Positions 1-8,735 of a stretch of 64,000 bases of DNA are shown in pieces. The translations under genes and the position numbers were made by a program. How positions within the stretch are numbered: position 1 is the first letter of the stretch; every line of letters starts with the position of its first letter. Source of the stretch: a bacterium (GTDB taxonomy: Bacteria; Bacteroidota; Ignavibacteria; UBA10030); NCBI GenBank assembly GCA_043803945.1, contig JAZDJN010000104.1, positions 1 through 64,000 on the forward strand, given 5' to 3'. Below the pieces are notes generated by a model. It was not told the DNA's origin, searched no databases, and saw only the letters and a program-made list of their open reading frames with translations.

Positions 1-134
1 ACAGAATAACCGCGGTCTCATATGAAGGGTTAAAACTCAATCTGCATTTACATGCACTGAAAACCGCATTCAAGCATTTGAGATCTCTTCAACCGATCGA
101 TTGGACCGCAAAACCTATTTTTGCGTAACATCAG
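1..134 (+). mobile_element. Probable right end of an IS701-like insertion sequence (transposase C-terminus plus terminal repeat), cut by the window edge
   Basis: Frame 3 is open from 3 to 128 (RITAVSYEGLKLNLHLHALKTAFKHLRSLQPIDWTAKPIFA*), resembling IS701-type transposase tails as I recall them. The stop overlaps GCGTAACATCAG and is followed by TTAA (135-138), matching the IS701 YTAR target. Res-like sequence starts right after. Confidence 0.45.
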
Positions 135-826
135 TTAATAACCTGACTTGCGAAGATAAGCTCAAGATCGCGACTCAGATACTTCAAACCATCAGCGAAA
201 CGCTGCAATCCGACAGAGTGGAATACAAAGGCACCGAAGAGTTTATTGCTCACGAAATATCATCGATCTTCGAAGACAAGAAACTGAATATCGTCGTGAG
301 CGATAGCGGCGATCAGGAATATGGTGTTCCACAAAGTCAGACTACGAATCAGACTTTACGCGTAGATTTGAGTAAAAAGGACTGGTATGCTTTTACGGAT
401 AACTATGGAACGTCCGAAGAAAAATATCTAGTAAAGTTCATCGACAAAACGTATGATGCACTCAAAAAACAGTATTCAGAAATCTATCTTGTCCGTAATG
501 AAAAGCATTTTCAATTGTTCAATTTTGATGATGGCAAGCCAGTAGAACCTGATTTTGTATTATTCCTCAAGAAAAAGGACTCAGAGAATACACTTCATTA
601 TCAAGTCTTTATAGAACCTAAGGGTACCCATCTTTTAGAGAAAGATGCATGGAAGGAAACCTTCTTGAAATCACTAAAAAAGCGACATAAGGTTAATGTT
701 CTCTGGAAATCAAAAAAATATATAATCTGGGGGATGCCGTTTTACAATGAAGAGCAACGGAAAATAGAGTTTGAAAATGCATTTAGGCAAATTACTCAAT
801 CGCACCAGAGGATAAGAACATCGTAA
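135..826 (+). pseudogene. 3' fragment of a type III restriction enzyme Res subunit (endonuclease domain only)
   Basis: Motifs DNYGTSEEKY, YLVRNEKHF and EPDFVLFL...QVFIEPKG (PD-x-ExK nuclease). No helicase motifs. An in-frame stop at 23-25 means the gene cannot continue upstream in this frame. AT-rich relative to the flanks. Confidence 0.75.
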
Positions 827-955
827 GATTATATAAAGGAATCGAACCGCAATACAATTATCCTCGTAAGGTTTATACCGCTTTTACATCAAAGGTAAGG
901 TTTTACACTATTTCTCAATCGAAAATAATTTAGAAAATATTTCTTTTACCTTCTG

Positions 956-2368
956 TCACTTCATCAACACCAACTTCGAAGAGAGAAACACACTCCCTGC
1001 CTTGAACTGGACAATGTACACACCGGATGAAACTCTTCCTGCATCCCACCGAAGCGTGTGCGAACCGGCAACCATTTCTCCATTGTAGAGCAGCGCGACC
1101 TCCCTTCCCAGCAAATCAAAAATTCTGACCGTAAGATTTGTATGTTCCGGGATACTGAGGACGATTGTTGTCGTCGCATTGAATGGATTCGGAAAACTCC
1201 CCAGACGGAATTGCTGCGGGATACCCTCTCCCGCAAGGACCGGTGTGGTAATGGCGCGTTGCTTCAGTAATAATATCCTCTGGTACGATTCCTCGATGCG
1301 GCTTTCAACAATGATACCCTGTTTAATCTTTTGCTCTACCAGATCGACAACATGCCTCGCGAGTGATGTGCTGTCGGCATTAAGATTTTTATTATAGAGG
1401 AGAATATCGACACCGGCGTTGATGGCAAGAACTATAGCCTCATCCAATCCAAAGTTGTCCGCAATAGCCTTCATACTCATCTCATCACTCACCACAACAC
1501 CCTGGTATCCCAATTGCTGCCTCAGAATACCGGTAATCGTTGCACGCGAGAGTGTGGCTGGATAGAGTGTATCAATATGCTTATTGAACACGTGGGCGGT
1601 CATGATAGCGTCAATAATCTTCGCGTTCAGGAGTTGCCGATAGGGAATCAGTTCATTTTCCGACCAGGTTGTAGAGATGTCGGTGAATCCTTCATGCGAA
1701 TCGGCTGTGGAGCTGCCATGGCCAGGGAAGTGTTTCAGCGTTGTGAGAATTTTTTTCTTATGAAATTCGTCGATAAACCAGTTCGCATGATTGAAAACAG
1801 TCATCGGATCGTTTGAAAAACTTCTCTCACTACTGCCGATGATACTTTTAGGATTCACATTCACATCAACAACCGGAGCGAGATTGATATTGATAGCACA
1901 TTGGGCAAGCCATCCCGCCATCAGCCGTGCATAAAAGCGTGTTGAGTCTTCCCTGTTGATCTGCGTTCCAAGTTTGTACGCTGTCGGTGACGAGGAAAAT
2001 CCATTCGATTTGCTTAACCGCGCAACATTACCTCCCTCTTGATCCGTCGCAATAAGGAGCGGAATGGCCGATCGCTGCTGAAGCTCTTTGGTAAGAAGCG
2101 CAATCTGTCCCGGATTTCTGAGGTTGTTACTCCAGGTAAAGAAAATCACTCCCCCGATATTCCCCTCGACAAGATCGGTCTTGAGTGTATCCAGGCTTGG
2201 CGATGACTTTTTCAATGAATCGCCGGTGAATGTAACCATCACCATCTGACCGATTTTTTTTCGGAGCGAGACTTGAGCCTGGAGAGAAAGAGGAGTGGTA
2301 TATGAAAGGAGCAGAATGGAAATAAGAGCGATAAAAACTAGCCGTGTAGAACAAGTATATGGTTTCAA
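956..2368 (-). CDS. GH3 beta-N-acetylhexosaminidase (NagZ-type) with signal peptide and C-terminal T9SS sorting domain
   Basis: ATDQEGG, KHFPGHGSSTADSH (Asp-His dyad), VVVSDEM nucleophile; C-terminal FPNPFNATTTI...IFDLLGREV...SSGVYIV...KLVLMK. Confidence 0.88.
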   Translation of the reverse strand: MKPYTCSTRLVFIALISILLLSYTTPLSLQAQVSLRKKIGQMVMVTFTGDSLKKSSPSLDTLKTDLVEGNIGGVIFFTWSNNLRNPGQIALLTKELQQRSAIPLLIATDQEGGNVARLSKSNGFSSSPTAYKLGTQINREDSTRFYARLMAGWLAQCAININLAPVVDVNVNPKSIIGSSERSFSNDPMTVFNHANWFIDEFHKKKILTTLKHFPGHGSSTADSHEGFTDISTTWSENELIPYRQLLNAKIIDAIMTAHVFNKHIDTLYPATLSRATITGILRQQLGYQGVVVSDEMSMKAIADNFGLDEAIVLAINAGVDILLYNKNLNADSTSLARHVVDLVEQKIKQGIIVESRIEESYQRILLLKQRAITTPVLAGEGIPQQFRLGSFPNPFNATTTIVLSIPEHTNLTVRIFDLLGREVALLYNGEMVAGSHTLRWDAGRVSSGVYIVQFKAGSVFLSSKLVLMK

Positions 2369-2637
2369 ACTGACTTCTTTCTTATGAAATGTATTCCGCG
2401 TACTCTATTCAAACGCATCCAAGAAGGCGAGAAAAGACCACAACTGCAATATGAAAAAGAATTCCTTTCAAACCTCCTCTTTTCTTTCCCCTCAGACTGT
2501 GAAATCTCATTCAGTCCCTTCCTTGCATTTCCTTCTATCTCTGTTTACTTTCTCGTGAATCATGTGTTACCATGAACATCACACTGCTATCAACGCTTGA
2601 AATCCACTCATACTTGAGAGATATGGAGGATGCAATA

Positions 2638-5487
2638 ATGAAACATCGCCGTACTTTTGCTCTGCTGATCATTCTTATTCTTGGAGTAATGCAACTGCTT
2701 CTTTCTCAGGGCACCAGGGATAGTATCGTTCCACCCCGACCAATTGAATTGAAGGACATTCTCTCCTGGAAACGAGTCGTTTCATTCACCCTTTCGAACG
2801 ATGGTCAATGGCTCGCCTACAAGATCTCCCCCGCAGAAGGAGATGAGGAAATTTATCTCCGCAATACGGCGACAAAAAAGGAATTGCGCTTCCCTGCGGG
2901 TGATGCGCAAAGCAGCGGCGGGCCGGCGATTCTCTTCTCGGAAAACTCGCAATGGGTGGCATTCACAATCAAGCCTTCGGCGAAGGAGGTAAAGAAACTG
3001 AAGAAGGAGAAGAAACCCATTACGACCAAACTCCTCCTAGTGAATCTTGCCACGGAGAAGAAAACTGAGATTGATAAAATCCGGACTTTTAAATTTTCCG
3101 GTGAAGCCTCGACATGGCTCGCGATTCATAAACCCGCCGGTGAGCGGCAGGAAAAAGATAAATGGGATGGTTCGGACCTCATCCTCCTTGAACTTGCCAG
3201 CGGCAGCCAGTTGAACATCGGGAATGTGTCGGAGTTTACCTTTAACAAACAGGGGAAGTGGCTGGCATGGATTATCGATGCACAGGGAAAGAGCGGCAAC
3301 GGCATTCAATTGCGTAACATGGAAACGGGAAGCGTGATTGCTCTCGAAAGCGACTCTGCAACATATAAGAGCCTTCGATGGACAGAGGAGGGAACCGGCT
3401 TTAGTCTCCTGAAAGGCATGGAACATAAGGATTACGAGGAAAAGCTCTACAGTGTGATCGGCTTCAAGGACTTCTCATCAAGCATACCAAAGAAAGTTGT
3501 GTATGATCCATCGACCGACAAGAATTTTCCTTCCGGCATGTCCATCAGTGCAAATCAAACGCCACAGTGGAGCGATGACCTGAGCTTGATGAGTTTCGGC
3601 ATCGCCGAGCTGAAGAAAAAAGAGAAGAAGGATGGGAAGGATACTTCAAACGCCGCCGCTGCGAAAAAGTCGGAGGAGAGCGATAAAGAAACTGCCAACA
3701 TCGTAATCTGGCATTGGAAGGACCCGCGCCTTCAGGCACAGCAGCAGGTTGAAGAAAGCCGCGATAAAAACTTCAGTTTTACTTCCGTCTACCGTGTGAA
3801 AGAAAATAAATTTCTCCGGCTCGCCACCGATGAATTCCGGCAAGTAACAATTGCACCAAAGCAGCAATGGGCAACAGGCACCGACGAGCGTGAGTATGAA
3901 TTGATGTCGAACCTTGACGGCCGTGATTACAAGGATATCTACGTAATAGACTTGCAGACAGGTGAGAAAAAGCTGGTGATGAAGAAGAACCGCTGGAGTT
4001 ACTCTTCCTCTCCCGATGGTACACACTATCTCTACTATGACGACGGACACTTCTTCACCTACGAATTTTCCACAGGGAAAAGCTATAAGATCACCGAAGG
4101 AGTGCCAACATCATTCATTAATACTGAGGATGATCACAATGTTTCCAAACCGCCAACCAGGCCCATGGGTTGGGAGAAGAATGGCAAATCCGTTCTGATC
4201 TCCGATGGATGGGACATCTGGAATATTCCAGTTCATGGCGGCACCAGCGTCAACCTTACGGTGGATGGCAGGCAGAATAAGATCCGCTACCTAAATCGTT
4301 ACGTGCTCGATCCCGAAGAGAAAGGGATTGACCTCAGTAAGCCGATCTATATCAGCATGCTCGGTGATCGGACGAAAAGGGGGGGCATCGGAAGAATCGA
4401 AAAGGGAAAACCGGGCGTGAAGCTATTACTCTGGGACGATGCGGCATTTAGCGGACTTCAAAAGGCAAAGAATGCCGAGGTTTACTCTTACACACGCGCA
4501 ACCTTCCGCGACTATCCTGATTATTATCTCAGCGATGCGCTGCTCCAGAATGGCCTCAAGGTCACGGAGGCAAACCCGCAGCAGAAAAACTTTTACTGGT
4601 CCAGCGGATCAAAACTTCTCACCTATGTCAGTACCAAAGGAGACACCCTCCAGGCGGCACTCTATCTTCCTGCAAATTTTGAAGAAGGTAAAAACTATCC
4701 AACGATTGTCTACATTTATGAGAAGCTTAGCAACGGCTTGAACAATTACACATCACCATCGGCAAACGGATTTAACAAATCTGTGTATACAAGCAATGGA
4801 TACGCCATTCTGATGCCCGATATTACTTACAAGATCAACGACCCGGGCATGTCGGCAGTGTGGTGTGTGCTGCCCGCGCTCGATGCAGCAATTGCTACGG
4901 GAGTGGTTGATAAGAATCGAGTAGCAATCCATGGACATTCCTGGGGCGGCTATCAGACAGCATTCCTGGTGACACAGACAAAAGCATTCAAAGCAGCCAT
5001 TGCCGGTGCACCACTGACGAATATGATCAGTATGTATAGTCTTGTGTATTGGAACACCGGATCGGCAAACCAATCGATCTTCGAAAGCAGTCAGGGGCGC
5101 TTTTACGGCGGCTATTGGGATAACCTCGACTCCTATATGAAAAATTCTCCCGTCTACTACGCAAAGAATGTTACGACGCCACTCCTCATCTTACATAACG
5201 ACAAGGATGGAGCGGTGGATTGGACACAGGGAATTGAGTATTACAACACACTGCGGCGACTTCAGAAACCGGTCGTGATGCTGCAATACAAGGGTGAGAA
5301 CCACGGACTGCGCGAGCCGGCCAACCAGAAAGACTATACTGTCCGGATGAAAGAATTCTTTGATCACTACCTGATGGATAAGCCCGCACCAAACTGGTGG
5401 ACTGAAGGAATCCCGTACCTGAAGTTGAAGGATCATCTGGATGAACGGGCTGGAGGTAAACCAAAGGTTCCGGAAACTACAAAGTAG
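2638..5487 (+). CDS. Secreted S9 family prolyl oligopeptidase / acylaminoacyl peptidase
   Basis: GHSWGG nucleophile, DGAV Asp, GENHG His, N-terminal beta-propeller and signal peptide. Start moved to ATG 2638, which follows GGAGGA. Confidence 0.88.
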   Translation: MKHRRTFALLIILILGVMQLLLSQGTRDSIVPPRPIELKDILSWKRVVSFTLSNDGQWLAYKISPAEGDEEIYLRNTATKKELRFPAGDAQSSGGPAILFSENSQWVAFTIKPSAKEVKKLKKEKKPITTKLLLVNLATEKKTEIDKIRTFKFSGEASTWLAIHKPAGERQEKDKWDGSDLILLELASGSQLNIGNVSEFTFNKQGKWLAWIIDAQGKSGNGIQLRNMETGSVIALESDSATYKSLRWTEEGTGFSLLKGMEHKDYEEKLYSVIGFKDFSSSIPKKVVYDPSTDKNFPSGMSISANQTPQWSDDLSLMSFGIAELKKKEKKDGKDTSNAAAAKKSEESDKETANIVIWHWKDPRLQAQQQVEESRDKNFSFTSVYRVKENKFLRLATDEFRQVTIAPKQQWATGTDEREYELMSNLDGRDYKDIYVIDLQTGEKKLVMKKNRWSYSSSPDGTHYLYYDDGHFFTYEFSTGKSYKITEGVPTSFINTEDDHNVSKPPTRPMGWEKNGKSVLISDGWDIWNIPVHGGTSVNLTVDGRQNKIRYLNRYVLDPEEKGIDLSKPIYISMLGDRTKRGGIGRIEKGKPGVKLLLWDDAAFSGLQKAKNAEVYSYTRATFRDYPDYYLSDALLQNGLKVTEANPQQKNFYWSSGSKLLTYVSTKGDTLQAALYLPANFEEGKNYPTIVYIYEKLSNGLNNYTSPSANGFNKSVYTSNGYAILMPDITYKINDPGMSAVWCVLPALDAAIATGVVDKNRVAIHGHSWGGYQTAFLVTQTKAFKAAIAGAPLTNMISMYSLVYWNTGSANQSIFESSQGRFYGGYWDNLDSYMKNSPVYYAKNVTTPLLILHNDKDGAVDWTQGIEYYNTLRRLQKPVVMLQYKGENHGLREPANQKDYTVRMKEFFDHYLMDKPAPNWWTEGIPYLKLKDHLDERAGGKPKVPETTK

Positions 5488-5502
5488 CGCATGTGAGGAA
5501 TA

Positions 5503-5578
5503 GTGATCCTCGAATGTCCGACTCGATTCTTTGAATCGAGTCGAGACCTCCACGGAGTCGGGCTTCTATCGAGGATCT
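5503..5578. repeat. Nested palindrome (REP-like) between convergent genes
   Basis: Outer stem GATCCTCGA (5505-5513) / TCGAGGATC (5569-5577); inner perfect stem CGACTCGATTC-TTT-GAATCGAGTCG (5519-5543). Confidence 0.7.
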
Positions 5579-5671
5579 GCTATACGGAACACCAGGGCGC
5601 CTTGTGATAGATTCCAAATAGAGTCATTTTGGAATCACTAATTTTCTCTTTGATGAAAGTTCGGGCCGCTG

Positions 5672-6181
5672 TCAAGATGGGTAAGCGACCTTCACAAATT
5701 TCGATGCGAGCGCTCCGCAAATCGGACATTTCTCCGGCGCAGCACCAAGTTCGATGTAACCGCAAACCGGACATAAATAGAACTCAGAGATCGCAAGGTC
5801 CTTGCCATCCTTGACTGCTTGAAGGGCCATGCTATAAAGTTTTGCATGAACCTCTTCGGCACCGACGGCATACTTAAACATCCGGGCACCCTTGTGATTT
5901 TCCTTGTTGGCCTGATCGAGCATGGGGGGATACATCTTTGTGAATTCGTAGGTTTCGCCATCGATTGCCGCCTGGAGATTTTGCAGCGTCGCACCGACAT
6001 GTTCGAGCGCTTTGAGGTGTCCTTCGGCGTGGATGCGTTCCGCTTCGGCAGTTGTTCTAAACAGCCTGGCAATGTTCAGAAATCCATCCCGCTCCGCTTT
6101 CTTTGCAAAGGCAAGGTATTTCTGATACGCCTGGCTCTCGCCGGCGAATGCTTCTTTTAAATCATCGTGTGTTGTGGGCAT
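5672..6181 (-). CDS. rbr: Rubrerythrin
   Basis: EAFAGESQA, AERIHA, GETYE and AEEVHA diiron motifs; C-terminal CPVCG...CPICG rubredoxin site. Confidence 0.93.
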   Translation of the reverse strand: MPTTHDDLKEAFAGESQAYQKYLAFAKKAERDGFLNIARLFRTTAEAERIHAEGHLKALEHVGATLQNLQAAIDGETYEFTKMYPPMLDQANKENHKGARMFKYAVGAEEVHAKLYSMALQAVKDGKDLAISEFYLCPVCGYIELGAAPEKCPICGALASKFVKVAYPS

Positions 6182-6433
6182 TGTGCTGTCTCCTGTTCAA
6201 GTGGGATGAGATACATCTAAGTGTCATATTCCATCAATCCGGACACATTCTGAATAACTCCTGTGATGAAATAGGGAAAAAACAACCAGAAGTGCAAGAG
6301 CGGATTCTTTTTACCCTGAATTATATTCTCAAATGAATTGCTCAATGCGGAATTATTACTTCCTTTTTTTCAATCCTCTTTGTAACTTGTCGCAGTAATC
6401 TCCATTCACTTCATCAAGACGATCTGAAAAACT

Positions 6434-7144
6434 ATGGGACGAATATTTGAAAAACGAAAGCATAAGATGTTTGCGCGGTTTGCGCGAATGTCGAAAGCGT
6501 TTAATCGTATTGGCCGTGAAATCGAAATTGCTGTAAAGTCTGGCACCGTTGACCCGAAGCTCAATCCCCGGCTTCGTATCGCCATTCAGAATGCCAAGAG
6601 TGTCAACATGCCCAAGGACCGTATCGATGCGGCTATTAAGCGAGCTTCTTCGAAGGATACCGCAGGGTATCAGGAAATTGTCTATGAAGGCTACGCACCG
6701 CATGGAATCGCAGTGCTTGTAGAATGTGCCTCGGACAATCCGACACGAACGGTTGCCAACATCCGCCATCACTTTTCGAAGCATGGCGGCATACTGGGAG
6801 CGAGTGGTTCCATCGCATTTATGTTTGAGCATAAGGGAATCTTCAAGATTCACGCTGCGAAAATCTCCAGCATCGACGATTTCGAACTTGAAATGATCGA
6901 CCATGGGCTTGAGGATCTGGTACATTCCGACGAGGACCTCTATATTTACACCTCGTTCCATGACTATGGGAAAATGCAAAAAGCTCTTGAAGAACAGGGA
7001 ATTGAAGTTATCTCATCGGAGCTTCAATATCTTCCGACATCTACAAAGGAATTAAACGAAGAACAGGCAAAAGAAGTACATGCACTGCTCGAAATTCTTG
7101 AAGAAGACGACGACGTTCTGTCTGTGTTTCACTCGCTGCAATAA
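6434..7144 (+). CDS. yebC: YebC/PmpR family protein
   Basis: NPRLRIAI...NMPKDRID, YEGYAPHGIAVLVE, DNPTRT, LEEDDDV. Confidence 0.93.
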   Translation: MGRIFEKRKHKMFARFARMSKAFNRIGREIEIAVKSGTVDPKLNPRLRIAIQNAKSVNMPKDRIDAAIKRASSKDTAGYQEIVYEGYAPHGIAVLVECASDNPTRTVANIRHHFSKHGGILGASGSIAFMFEHKGIFKIHAAKISSIDDFELEMIDHGLEDLVHSDEDLYIYTSFHDYGKMQKALEEQGIEVISSELQYLPTSTKELNEEQAKEVHALLEILEEDDDVLSVFHSLQ

Positions 7145-7180
7145 ATTCTCGAGCGGGGGCTGACTTAAAAGAAAAAATTT

Positions 7181-7254
7181 GTCACACCCGAATATCCGTT
7201 TCGATCGATGATCAGAACAAGACATCGAAGAAGTCGGGTTTCAATCGGGTGTCC
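7181..7254. repeat. Nested palindrome of the same architecture as 5503-5578
   Basis: Outer stem ACACCCGA (7184-7191) / TCGGGTGT (7245-7252); insert CCG...AGTCGGG with inner TCGATG/CATCGA stem. Confidence 0.6.
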
Positions 7255-7433
7255 AGTGTCTTACTCTTCGAATTTTCTGAATTCCTTTCAGTGTTCCATT
7301 GCCGCAGCCGTCCTCTTGAATAATTCATGGCTCTCATGATTCCCATTCTTTTTCATCCTCCTCCTACGATTGGGTCACGGAATATTTATCTTATAAAGGA
7401 ATCTTTTTCTTGATAAATCGGTGAGGCCTCTTT

Positions 7434-8636
7434 ATGGAGATCCTGATAAGCACGTTACTTCTTGTCATCATCATCTCGGCGGCGGTGTATGAATTTCGAT
7501 TGTGTCGACCCGATCAAATTATTCTCTACGAGTCGAAAGGTACTCTGGGATACCGGACAAGCCGTTTCTATCCGAGGCACTTCAGCCTTCCCATCTCGGC
7601 AACAACGCATTCATTCCCTTTTGCCCGTTACGGGAGTATGCTCCGCGCGATCGCCCATAATCAGGCACAGACGGCAATCCCTGGCATCAACCAGCTTACA
7701 ACCGGACTTTTCAGAGCGCTGAACATCTTTGCCGGAAAAGAAAATCGAGTCAGCGATCCATTAACACTCATAGCAGATAAAATTCTTACTCATCTTCCGG
7801 TTTATGAAATTCTCCACACACAGCGCATTTACCATGACACGGATCTCAAATACCTGACAGCCCTCGAACGAGCGTATCCTGCGGACAATTCGGCCTTCCT
7901 TGCTTTTCGGGAAGACCTTGATGCTTTTTCGTCGTATTGTACTTTATTCCAACAGGAGTTATTGCGGCGCCATGGGCTTGATGTCACCGACTTTTTCCTG
8001 GGGGGACATTCAATACCAAGCTGCTTCCAACAGTGCGTCCCGATCTTGCGGTGCTCTTGTAACCCGACCTCTTCTAGTACCGATGCAGCAGTGCTTCTGC
8101 ATGAAATTGGGGGTACGATTCCAAAACCATGGCAGCAGGAAATGGAACGTTTGCTGCAGATACCGAAAGAGATCCGAAGCTGGCGAGCAAATGCATGGTC
8201 ATTGCTTGAGCAGCCAGTCTTTGAACGCGTGCAAAGTTTTGTGGAACTCGCCGTTGCCCTGCATTCCCTCTCTTCCCAGATGAAGAGCAAGCAATGGGGC
8301 ACAACGAAGCGGGAATTTAATATTCCTTCACGTCTTTCCGAGTTCTTCAAATTTTTGCGCACTGACGACGATATGAGGCAGTTTCTTGCCGCAGCGGTGG
8401 AATATGTGGCAGTGGCATCCGAAGGGATGATTGTACTGCCCATCACCATTATTCGTGCCCTGAACGATGCTGAGCGTATCGCCCGGATCAGCAGGACCTC
8501 CTTAGATTCTATCTGCTTTAAATTGCTCGGATTGCCGGTGAAAACGGGTAACCACTCACAGCTCTCAATTCAAAAAGAACTATTGAAGATAAATCTTCGA
8601 CCAATTTTCCTCCCAAAAAGGCTGATACGATATTAG
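7434..8636 (+). pseudogene. Decayed, probably chimeric ORF: membrane-anchored N-terminus fused to the C-terminal part of an uncharacterised protein
   Basis: A 400-codon ORF, but two segments read better in an alternative frame that carries TAA stops: FNTKLLPTVRPDLAVLL*PDLF (8009-8074) and DQQDLLRFYLL*IARIAGENG* (8486-8551). The main frame there is Cys/Ser-rich and unprotein-like. Confidence 0.55.
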
Positions 8637-8735
8637 AGAAAATGAATTGAGGGATAGCATCTCTATCTCAATTTCCTTATCATTTTCCCAAGTGATCAAA
8701 TCAGGTATTCATCCACTCAGCGAAAGGATTCGAGT

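Noticed and set aside
101-134. TTG start at 101 for the Res-like ORF
   Set aside because: The first residues do not resemble Res and fall inside the presumed IS end, so this is probably an ORF-finder artefact.
866-908. Short direct repeat GTAAGGTTT twice in an AT-rich spacer
   Set aside because: Only two 9-nt copies in low-complexity DNA; not a CRISPR array or a convincing att site.
6356-6979. 207-aa antisense ORF over yebC, and similar long shadow ORFs (48486-49274, 52904-53599, 28863-29498, 7829-8449)
   Set aside because: They lie opposite recognisable or better-supported genes, have no motifs of their own, and are explained by codon bias of the sense strand.
8646-8673. Imperfect inverted repeat AATTGAG...CTCAATT upstream of the AKR gene
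   Set aside because: It could be an operator or weak terminator, but there is no second copy or cognate regulator to support a call.
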